Origin: Geosiphon pyriformis uo1
Lineage: Eukaryota > Fungi > Glomeromycota
Direction of reading: 5' to 3'
Length of the DNA: 64,000 nt
Assembly (NCBI GenBank): GCA_016748015.1
Contig: JAAOMT010000480.1
Coordinates: forward strand, 124,001-188,000
Within the stretch, counting starts at the first letter, position 1, and each line of letters starts with the position of its first letter. The notes beneath the pieces are model-generated. The model worked only from the letters and a program-made list of their open reading frames with translations, searched no databases and was not told where the DNA came from. Positions 54,043-64,000 of this stretch are shown here, one piece after another. Made by a program: the position numbers and the translations under genes.

Positions 54043-54663
54043 ATGAAAATTACTAACAACATTTATTTATTCATACAACAACTATTTTAAATAATTTAAC
54101 AAACAAATATGAAAATCACAATTAACCAACAAATCATTTAATACAAAGATAATAAAAAAAATCCAATACAAAGTGCTCAAAAAATTAAAAAACACTATAG
54201 ACAAGATAATAGCAAAAGTAAAGTTGTTAATAAAAACACTCAAAACAGCTGTATTATATCAAAAAATAACCAAAAAAACTTGGAATTAGTGGTTACAACA
54301 ATTTCCAAGAAACTTTTATTATTATTACTTAAAACAAAATCTGAATATTTAGAATTTATATACTAATAAAACAAAACAGTTATTTAATACAACAATATTA
54401 TAACAATTAGAACAATTTATAAGAAAAAACAATCTGTTAACACAAACATGAGCCATATATTGGCTACATACAGGATTTCAAGATTGATTAACAATATTAC
54501 TTAACTTAGTGATAGATACAATTATCATCAACCAATTAAAAAAAATAACTAATGCTTAGTTTGAAGAATTACAAATCAAAATAACCCAAGTAATTCTTGA
54601 AGAAAAAGTTCAGGAGTTAATTAAAAAGAAGATATAGAAGATCTTAATAAAGCTCAATATTAA
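54043..54663 (+). pseudogene. E ORF3 homologue
   Basis: MKITNNIYLFIQQLF start resembles the other ORF3s; ends at the pre-PPT motif. Confidence 0.6.
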
Positions 54664-54676
54664 AAAGAGGAGATAA

Positions 54677-55682
54677 TATTACTTATAGAATATAGAAATT
54701 ATATATTAGTATACAAATTAGCCAATCAGAATAAAATACAATAAAAGTAGAATTTCAGAATTCCTCTTAGAAGAATCACAAGATTTCAAAATTACAAGAT
54801 TTTAGTATGAGAAATTGCAAAATTCCAGAATTCTAGGATTCCTTTTAAGAAATTACAGGATTTCAGGAATTTCAGGATTCCTGGCTAGAAAATTGAAAAA
54901 TTCAAAAAATTTTATATAACAAAATTTATGTATATATAACAGTAGTATTAGAAGCAGAAAAAACAGAATACTTAGAGTGAAAATTTTTAGTTTAAAACCT
55001 TCAGTTCTAATTCCCTATCTATTCCTTCATATGATAGTATTCTATAACTTAAAGTGGAAACATAAAAATATTAATAAAATACTTATTAATTATCACAATC
55101 CATATTTTCACTATCAACAATTCATGTTAATAGTTACCAATACTTAACTACATTAAACCAATAATACTTAATCACAGCTATTGATGAGATACTAATTTTT
55201 TTTGTCTTGATTTATCTTTTTATTTTCTTTTTATTATTTTCATTATTTTTTTTTATTTTTTTTATTTTCTTTTGTTTTATTGTGGATTTATTAATTGATT
55301 AAAAAAATAATAGACAGAATACTGACATCAAGATATAGCACTGATAAAAGACCCAGAAATAAGAGTGAACACTCAAGATTGAGGATAGCTTACCAAAAGA
55401 TTACTGGCCATCAAGCTAAGAAAAAAATTGATGGAATTGTGATTCTGGAAAGTGACAAACAACAAAGCATACCAACTTGAGGGTTAAGAAGAAACTAAAA
55501 ACATTACCAAAAGATATTACTATTGAATTTTTGTTCATTATACAAAGAATTCAACCAAAACTTTCAGATACAAAATCTTTAAATCACCAAAATCTTTAGA
55601 TATTACCAACATAAATCAGCTATTGAGCACCAAGTTATGAGTTTGTTATTTGTTTTAACACCCCAAATAATTCTTTGTAACA
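54677..55682 (+). repeat. E 3' LTR
   Basis: Matches 40467-41127 plus 46396-46643; PPT AAAAAGAGGAGA precedes it. Confidence 0.92.
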
Positions 55683-55686
55683 TTGG

Positions 55687-57214
55687 TAATTAAGTTTAAA
55701 TTTATGGCTATTGGATCAAGAACATATAATTGTAACATATAAATTTCAATTTCCAAATACAATTGTGCATTTTTAAATGTGTAAGAATGAGAAATGGGTT
55801 TTTCAGCAAAGTTAACTGATTCATTCAATTGATTCATCTTAGTAATTGTTGGTAATTTGTTATGGCATACAGGACAAACTCACTTCTTATTATTAATATT
55901 AGACAATTAACAAGCTGAACATTTTTTTAGAGAACCAATTTGGCTTTAATATTGTACTAATTTATCAATTATATTTGTTTCTTGACTTTTTTTGCACAAA
56001 GCTTTTCTAAAATAATAGTAAAATAATTAGTAAGTTTTTTATAAATTTCATTTATCATATGTGAAGTTAAAAAAAATAATTTCTCATATTCCTTTTCAAG
56101 AAGTTCAAAATACAATCAAGAATTTATATTTTGAATATTATTAATTTAATCATAATTAAAAGCAACAAAATTCATAATAATATTGAATATAACTGTATTA
56201 TATTCATAATTTAAGTAATTTTTTTGACTTTTTTGTTTATTATAAAAGACTAAAAATAAAAATCCTTTGGAAAGCTTTGACTGTTCTATAGCCAAACTTT
56301 CTAACCAGTAAACTTTTTATAACAACTAAAACTTATAATATGATTATCAATATCAATAACTATTTTCGATTTTGCTATTAAATATTTGATTGCTAAAATA
56401 GCTAAATTAATAGTAGAAACATATTTTAAGTATCTTGATCTGTATATAGCATCAACTGTTATAACACACTTAAAAAGCTTTTCTCCTTTATTTTGATATT
56501 CATATTTATTATAAGTAAGAGTTTTAATAAATCTTACAATAACTGGATTTTGTTTTACAAGTTATGTTAAAGGACAATACTCTAAAAGACTATTTAGACT
56601 AAAATGTTCATGATTTTTTTTCAAACCTATTATATTATTATACAAATTATCTTGTTTCCTTTTGGCAATTTCTGTTATGGATTTAATACAACCTTGTTGA
56701 TTATTAAATGCTTCATCTAATTGCTTTTTTAATGTTGCATTCTTAGATAATAATTGCTAATTGATATTTTCTAGCTTTTGTATCTATTTTATATAAACTT
56801 TATATATTGAATCTGACAAGAATACTTGGACTCTAAAATCAGAAAAAGTTTTTTCTAATTCTAATAACTTGTTATTATTAAAAAGTCTTGGTTTTTTTTT
56901 TCTGTTTTTTTTAAATCTAAAAAAGTTGAATCATTTAATTTAGTAATTTGTTTAATAAAAAACTTTTTAACAATAATCTGATTATAATGTCTTTTACATA
57001 AAGAATAATTGTTTAGAGAGTTAAGTAATATAGTTAATCTAGAAAAATACTTAGTTATTTTTGTTATTTTTTCTGCTACAACACTAGCTAATGCATATTG
57101 CCATTTTTGACTTTTTTTGGTCTCACATTTTACTAATTAACTTTCATCATATTCACTGGTAAGAGATTCAAATAAACAAAATAAGTCTTTGGCATTCATT
57201 ATAAAACAAGACAT
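55687..57214 (-). pseudogene. Putative transposase, N-terminal part
   Basis: MSCFI start; LCKRHYNQII; CSAC..KK.VCPVCH zinc ribbon (~55865-55925); LYVLDPIAINLN joins the C-terminal part. Confidence 0.55.
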
Positions 57215-57458
57215 AATTTTAAATTCAATTTAATAAAAAACTACTATGTAAAATTGTGTAAATTTTTATGAATTCTGAAACTTTGTGTTTATAAAAGTAT
57301 GTTTCTACTGTTAATTTCAATTTTTATTTGAAGTATTTGATCAATAAAATATTATTAAATTCTTTATGCTAATAATGCTAAACACCAATTAGATTATAAG
57401 AATTTTTTGTAGATTATTTCAGAAATAATCTATGAAATTTAAAATCTTTCTGACTGTA

Positions 57459-60366
57459 TTAATCTACTATTAAAGATTAGTTTAATAGAATGCCTATTAA
57501 CTTTAACATCAGTGTACATGGCAATAATCAGTTTGGTGTTAAGAGTAGTTCCATTAAATAAAAAGATTGGTTTAAAATTTTCTAAATTAAAAAAAAATAT
57601 TGTGACAATTAATTTGTTTTCTGTAATTATAGCAGATAAAATATTGTTAGTGAGTAGTGTTTTTGTGTTTTCCCAGTTGTTGAATTAATTGTTTACTCAA
57701 TGGTTAAGAGATTTAAATAGCTCTAAAAATTCAAATTTTGGGCATATTTACTTTTTAAATTTTATTGGCATAATTCTGTTTGTTTATTCAATGAACTGGA
57801 AATTAGTTGATATATAACTATTGCTAATCTTCAATTTTGTTAAGTGTAAGTAATTTTTAGTCTTTGGTTTCCAGTAATTAATTGAGCTAAATTTTAGAAT
57901 GGTGTTTAAATTAATTAGAGTTGATAAATTATTTGAGACTGTAATGCTTAATAAATAAAAGATATATATAGTAACTGTTATATTATTAGTTAGTAAAATA
58001 CTTAATACTAAAATTGTTTTTGATTCTGGTTATAATTAGGAATATAAACCAGCAATTAAGATTTTAATATTAATTTTCCAATTATTGACTATTTATTCTA
58101 GTTATACAATTAATTTATAAGTATTATTGCTTATAACAATAGTAATAAATATGTATTTTTTGTTGTTATAATTGGGTTGTTGATAAAATTGATAAGAATA
58201 AGAGATGTGACTAATTTTGAAATTGATTAAAATTTTCTTAATTGTCATAGTATTGAAAAAATTAATAAATAATTGTATTATTAACTAAGTATTTTTCTAA
58301 TTTTTGATTAATAAATTTGCTAAACTGTTTTAGTTTTGAGTCTAATTCAAGTAATTTATTTATTACTAGATTTATGACTTAAATATAGTTGGCTTTAAGC
58401 TTAGTTAATTCAAAATCTCTAATATAAATAACTGTGTTTTAGAGTTTATTTAGATGTAATAAGTGTATTTATTATAATAAACTATTATATAATCCACAAA
58501 TAAATTGATTTAAGATCTGTAATATTATGAAATAATCTGTATTTATTGCTTAAATCTGGCACAAATTTCTATAAAAGTGTTCTAAGTATATGATAACTGC
58601 TTTAATGTTGCCTTATTTAAAAGTAATAAATTTAGTTAACAGTTAATTAATACTATTGTGATTATTAAAATATTGCAAAAAGTTTTGTTTAAAAGCATCA
58701 AAAGTTTGAGACTTATTAATTAAGCTTTAATATCATAAATTAATAATATTCTGTAAAAAGTATGGAATAATTTAAAGAGCTCTGGCATTATCCTATCTAT
58801 TGGCTGTAATGATTTTAATTATATTATTTAGTCATGCTTAAACATTGTCTTTTTTATCAATAAATTTTTCTAATTTGGTAATTAATACATATGTCATTAA
58901 TACAAGTAGTTATAATTATAGTTGTTAAAAAGCAGCTATTAATGCAATTAAAAAATTAATCCAAATGATTGAAGATAAATTGTTGTTAATAATAGAAGTA
59001 AAGTTTAAATTGTTTGAATTTTTGGTTTATTTGAAATCAGATTTTGTTTATTATTTTTCTGATTACTGTTTTTTTTCTTCTGAATTAATGTTTGTCCAAT
59101 TACTAGTGGATCCGAAATTAGATTGAAATAGTAGTAATTGAAGTTCTAATAGTGTTTTTAATTGTAACTTAAATTCTTTAAAGTAATTGCTATAGGTTTT
59201 TAGCAGTTTGGATTTCTCTTAATTGTTTTAAAATAAGATTTTTGTAACAGTTGGTTTTATTGTTAATAATAATATAAATTCTGATAATATGTTAATAGTA
59301 CTTTCTGGTATATAATAATATAATAAATATAATAGAAAAATGACTTTGGATTTCTTTTGGTTAGATAATTGTATTGGTTTAAGTATATTTGTTATTGTTT
59401 GTATTCTGTTTTTGTATTTGTTCACAAATTTAATTAGAAACTTTTTCTAAGTGTATCTTTTAATTTTACAATTTATTTTAGTAATAATTAAAACAAAATT
59501 GTAATTATGTAATAAACTAGTATGTTAAAATAATTTATTATAAAAATTTTCTTTTGCTGATTTAAAATTTGCTTGTTACTTTAGAAAATATATGATTTTT
59601 TTATTAACATACAAATTAAAAACTGATTCTGTTAAAAAATAATTACTGGTTAATTCCAACTATTGTTGATATAATTAGAATAAAAATTTTGTAAATTTCA
59701 AATAATTTGCTTTTATAACTTCTAAGTTTATTACTTTTCTAGATAATTTATAATAGTGCTTTGTTTTCTGTTAGATTATATCTTATAGAAAGCACTAAAT
59801 ATTATAAGTGATTATTTGGAATGTTGAAATAAATAACAAATCTATAACTTGGTATTCAATAATTAATAATACTGTAAATAGTTTTTGAAGGTTTTTAGAT
59901 TTGAAAATTTTGGTTAAGTTTTTTATATAATAAACAAAAATTTACTTGGTAGTTGTTTTTTTGAATTTTTTTTTAGCATAAAAACCAGTTTAATCTTGCA
60001 ATTGTGCCTTTCTGATAAACTATCCTTAAGTTTTTACCCTTGTTTTATAGGTTTTTTACCAAGCTATTTTTGATGTTAATATCTTAATACTTAATTTCTT
60101 AATTAATTAATACACAATATAAAACAAAATAAAAATAAATAAAAATAAAAAATTAGTATCCCATTAATAATTATAATTAAAAGTTATTGGTTTAGTATAA
60201 TTAAGTAGTAGATATTATTAACATGAATTGCTAATGAAATCAAAAAATAATAATTTTAATTTAATAAAAAAAATGACATGAATTAGATGATAAAATAATG
60301 ATTTTATTTAATATTTGAATAATTTTATTTTAAGGTATAAAAAATTATCTTTTAAAAAGAGAGATA
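57459..60366 (-). mobile_element. Truncated family-A-like Gypsy (part of 5' LTR, PBS, gag, start of protease)
   Basis: LTR end at 59800; mutated PBS at ~59783-59797; AMYTDVKV..IKLIFNS cut by the TIR at 57456. Right boundary approximate. Confidence 0.8.
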
Positions 60367-61261
60367 TGTTATAAATATTTATTGTTAACTAACCAAAAAC
60401 TTGTTGTTACAGATGATTATTTGGGGTCTCAAATCAAATAACAAATCTGTAACTTGGTGCTCAATATCTTGACAATGCTTGTAATACTGGTATGTTGGTT
60501 GTATCTGAAGATTTTAGAGTTGAGTCCTTTATATAATAAACAGAGATTTAATGACAATGTAGTTGGTTGATAAATTGTGTTCCCAATTTCTGTCTTCAGC
60601 TTGGTGGCTGGTTTATTCTGACAGTCATGCCCTTCTGGTAAGCTATTCATTAATATATATATAATTTTACCCTTATTTTTGGGTCTTTTACCAGGCTATC
60701 CATGATGTCAATTACTCAGTGCTTTAATCCTTAATCAGTTAGTATACAACAATAAAATCAAAGAAATAAATAAATAAAAGAAAATAAAAAAATGAGCCAA
60801 GGCAATGTGCAAGTTAGTATCTTGTCAATAGCCATGATCAAGAGATATTATTCCAGCATAGTTAAGTATTAATCACTATTAACATAAAGTGTTAATAGTG
60901 AAGAGTGGATTTGGATAGTGAATGATTTATTTATTTAATATTTGTGGATGGAAGATTTCTAACTAAAGAATTCTTATCTTTTTACTTTTAATGCTACTGC
61001 TATATATATATAATTGATGTTCTATGAGATCACTCACATTCCTGAGCAATGTGCTATAATTTCTTAAGCAATGTTTACATTGCTGAGTAATGTGCTCTAA
61101 TTTTCTAACATCACTCCATATTGTTGAGCAATGTACCATAATTTCTATTATTGTTCTACATTGTTGAGCAATGTGCTTATGTGCTACATACTATTTACTT
61201 ATTGGTCTACTATTCTCCCTATATATTTTTTCTTTTTATGAGTAATATTATCTCCTTCTTT

Positions 61262-61897
61262 TTAATATTGAGCTCCATCAAAATCTTCATTTTGAATTAG
61301 CTCTAATACTTCTTTTTTTAATATTGTTTGTTCGACTTTATTTTTCATATCTTCTACTTGTACATTGTTCATTCTTCTCCATTGGTTAATAGTTATGGTT
61401 TCTATGTCAGAGTGTAACAGTATTTCTGGATAGTTTTGAAATATGTTGTGCAGTTGGTAAATTGTTTTTACATGTAGTGTTGAGTTCATCTTTTTCCCAA
61501 TAAATTTTTCAATTTGCTGTATTATGTTTTGGTTAAATATCCTCTTGAATTTGTTGATATACAACTCTTAAATATTCAACTTTTGACCTAACTGGTAGTA
61601 ACAATATGATATTGGAAGTTGTTCTGTCTATTGCTTCCAATTCTCTTTTGTAAGTTCTTCTGTTGGTACCATAATAGGTATTTTCCCAAAAGTGTTCTTT
61701 ATTTTTTCTATTATTTTATCTGACCAGTTTTTATTATTCTTTGGTAACTGCTGATATGGTGTATTCTTTGTCTTTTTTTTGGTGTTTCAATAGCAAATTG
61801 TTTGGTTGTTAATGATAATTTCCATGTCTAAAGGTTGTTAACTTAAGGCCTGAAATAATTGTTGAGCTATGATGTGAATATGATCTGGTATTTTCAT
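61262..61897 (-). pseudogene. Family-B ORF3
   Basis: MKIPDHIHIIAQQLFQAL...EDFDGAQY-stop. Confidence 0.7.
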
Positions 61898-61929
61898 TTT
61901 CTTGGTTGTTTTTGTCACATATACTATGT

Positions 61930-63328
61930 CTTTATATACTTTTTTATTGTTTGATTTTACATGTTTGGTCCAATGATTATAATTGGTTTTAGATCTCGTG
62001 GAATCTCCTTTGGTTGAACTAGTATTCATTGTACTTCCAATTGTGAAATGTTATTGGTGGATGATGATGTTATTTGGTGATATTGTTTTAGTCGATTACT
62101 ATATGCTGCTTTGGTTAAGATTTTGTTGTCCCATCTTAATTTATAAGCTCCATTTCCAAGAATTTTTTCTATGTGAAATGATCTATTTGGGGTTGAATTT
62201 TTCACTTCATTGTTTTCCCGCTTTGGTACAATGTAGAAGTATTTTGTCTTCAATCTTAAATTCAACTGGTTTATCTGGTAATTGGTTATCATGTCATTTT
62301 TTTTGCTTTTCTTGAGACTTTTGAATATTATCAGCTGCTTTTAGTCATCTGTTTTCTAGTGTTTCTATTAGGTCATATGTTCTTCTCAACAATGTTTCTT
62401 GGAAATTAGCTTCTGTTATTGGTTCAGTTGGATATGTATTGACCTCTATCTCAACTGGTAATGTTGCTATTCTACCATATACTAATTTAAATAGTGTTGC
62501 TTGTGTAGTATCTTGTCTCATTGTTTGATAAGCACATAATATTAATGGTATAAACAAATCTCATTTGTCTTGGTTTTTTTGACTGATTTTGGCAATTGCT
62601 TCACACAATGTTCTATTAAACCTTTTGACTAGTCCATTTGTTTGTGGATAGTATGGTAATGATAATGGTCTTTTAATTCCAAATCTTTGACTTAATTCTG
62701 TCAATGTTCTGTTTACAAAGTGGGTTCTTTGATCTGATAATAGTTTTTTTGGACATCCATGTCAACATATCAACTCTTCATAAATGAATTTGGCAATGGA
62801 TTCTGCATCTGCTCTTTGAATAGCTTTTGCTTCTGGCCATTTAATGAGATAATTCATGACTACTGCAATATATTTGTTGTCTCTGCTAGTGATTGTTAGT
62901 GGTTTAACTAAGTCAATTCCAATTTGATCAAATAGTTGTCCTACTTTGATTGGTCTTAATGGTTCACTTGGTCTTGTTCCTTCTCTTTTCTGACAAGCAT
63001 CACAATTCTGAACATATTGGATGATGTCTAGATACATTGATGGCCAATAGTATCTTTTTCTGGTTTTTTCTATGGTTGTTTCTTTATGAAAATATCCTGC
63101 TGTTGGATCTGAGTGCATGTTGAAATATATTGTTTCTTTTTCTGGTTCTGTAATAACTCTGATTGGTTGGTCTGAATTCCTTCTGTTTTTCTGGTAAAAT
63201 ATATTTTGATAATTGATAAAATATTTTGATTGCTGTTTTATGTTGTTTTGTTCTTTTTGAGATAATTTCTCCTTGAATGATTGAATATTTATATAATATT
63301 GAAGTTGTTGGTATTTTTGTGTGTTCAT
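61930..63328 (-). pseudogene. Family-B integrase, separate ORF
   Basis: MNTQKY; MHSDPTAG..CDAC; GIDLV; GLVKRFNRTL. Confidence 0.9.
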
Positions 63329-63358
63329 CTTTCTGTTATATTTTTGGGTTGAAATGTT

Positions 63359-64000
63359 TTTAAATTTGTCTCATTTGCGACAACTCATTAGCATTTCTAT
63401 TGTCTTTTTTTTTTATAGTGTACTGTATAATTGAATGGTGAAAGTTCTATTTTTCATCTAGTGTGGCAATTGTCTGCAAATTCTTGTTTCTGGATTGAAG
63501 TCAATCTCTTGTGATTAGTGTACACCTCAAACTTTTGACTCAAATATTTTTTCTACTTGATGACAGCCCAATAGATTGCTAAGTGTTCCAGTATTAGAGT
63601 TCCATAGTTTTTTTCAGCTGGACTTAAGCTTCTACTGGCATAAGCTACTGGATGTTCTCTTCCATCTGGTCTTTTCTGTAATAGTACTGTTCTCAATGCT
63701 TGACCTGATGCATTAGTAGTAATAATGAATGGTTTGTTGTAATCTGGATACATTAATACTAGAGCTTGGATAAGCTTTCTTTTCAATGTGTCAAATGCTT
63801 CTTGTTAAGTTTCAGTCCATTCATATTTCATATTCTTGGTTTGTAGATAGTGAAGTGACTGAGCTAGTTTAGAAAAGTCCTTAATAAAGTGGTGATAGTA
63901 ACCTGTGAATCCCAAAAATGCCCTTAGTTCTGGCAAGTTGGCTGGTACTGGAAAGTTCTTAACTACTTCAATCTTGTCTGGATCTGTTTTGATTCCATTT
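63359..64000 (-). pseudogene. Family-B RT C-terminus and RNase H
   Basis: ELRAFLGFTGYY; PVAYASRSL; ends LSQMRQI-TAA. Confidence 0.88.

Larger units (their letters stand above)
40467..55682 (+). mobile_element. Degenerate Gypsy element E (A-related, dUTPase-bearing), full length
   Basis: TSD TTGG (40463-40466 and 55683-55686); 5' LTR 40467-46643 (interrupted by D); PBS TGGTGCTCCCTGT at 46646; 3' LTR 54677-55682. Confidence 0.93.
37807..57456 (-). mobile_element. Putative TIR DNA transposon (~4.4 kb without inserted Gypsy E), TA-flanked
   Basis: Ends TA|CAGTCAGAGAAATTTT and AAAATCTTTCTGACTG|TA; 14/16 inverted match, both mismatches transitions. Both ends fall exactly at breakpoints of flanking Gypsy sequence. 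Confidence 0.72.
60405..64000 (-). mobile_element. Gypsy family B (-): RT/RH, integrase, ORF3 and 3' LTR; continues beyond the window
   Basis: 3' LTR 60405-61247; PPT ~61251-61263; RH HPVAYASRSL. Confidence 0.9.

Noticed and set aside
55860-55930. SP-RING/MIZ SUMO ligase gene (VCPVCH)
   Set aside because: Lacks the upstream CP..C.H..C pattern; it is a CxxC-CxxC ribbon within the transposon ORF.
618-62315. Many 60-130 aa antisense or alternative-frame ORFs in the track
   Set aside because: They shadow TE coding frames or LTRs and show no independent motifs.

Overview
Eukaryotic, very AT-rich transposon graveyard with no host gene, RNA gene or CRISPR. The TE peptides resemble Glomeromycotina/Mucoromycota, probably Geosiphon-like (inference). 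Layout: (1) a LINE with RT, RNase H, CCHC finger and poly(A) tail (1-14113), split by a fairly young 10.1-kb Ty3/Gypsy element G1 (2311-12448; 980-bp LTRs; 4-bp TSD CCAG). (2) Older Gypsy elements: a chimeric A/B element (14114-24715), two inverted family-C copies (24716-29104 +, 29105-37806 -) with a G1-family solo LTR inside, element E (40467-55682, TSD TTGG) carrying a tandem non-autonomous LTR-int-LTR-int-LTR unit D in its 5' LTR, and two minus-strand elements at 57459-64000. (3) A TA-flanked DNA transposon with 16-bp TIRs (37807-57456) encoding a decayed DUF6589/Academ-like protein split by E. The Gypsy lineage has an unusual layout: one Gag-PR-(Cys-rich Zn domain-dUTPase)-RT-RH ORF, a separately started integrase ORF, a non-Env accessory ORF3 before the PPT, and a U5 sequence complementary to the PBS. 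Decay is almost entirely by C>T/G>A transitions in all dinucleotide contexts (RIP-like). All counts and alignments were made by eye and need computational confirmation.
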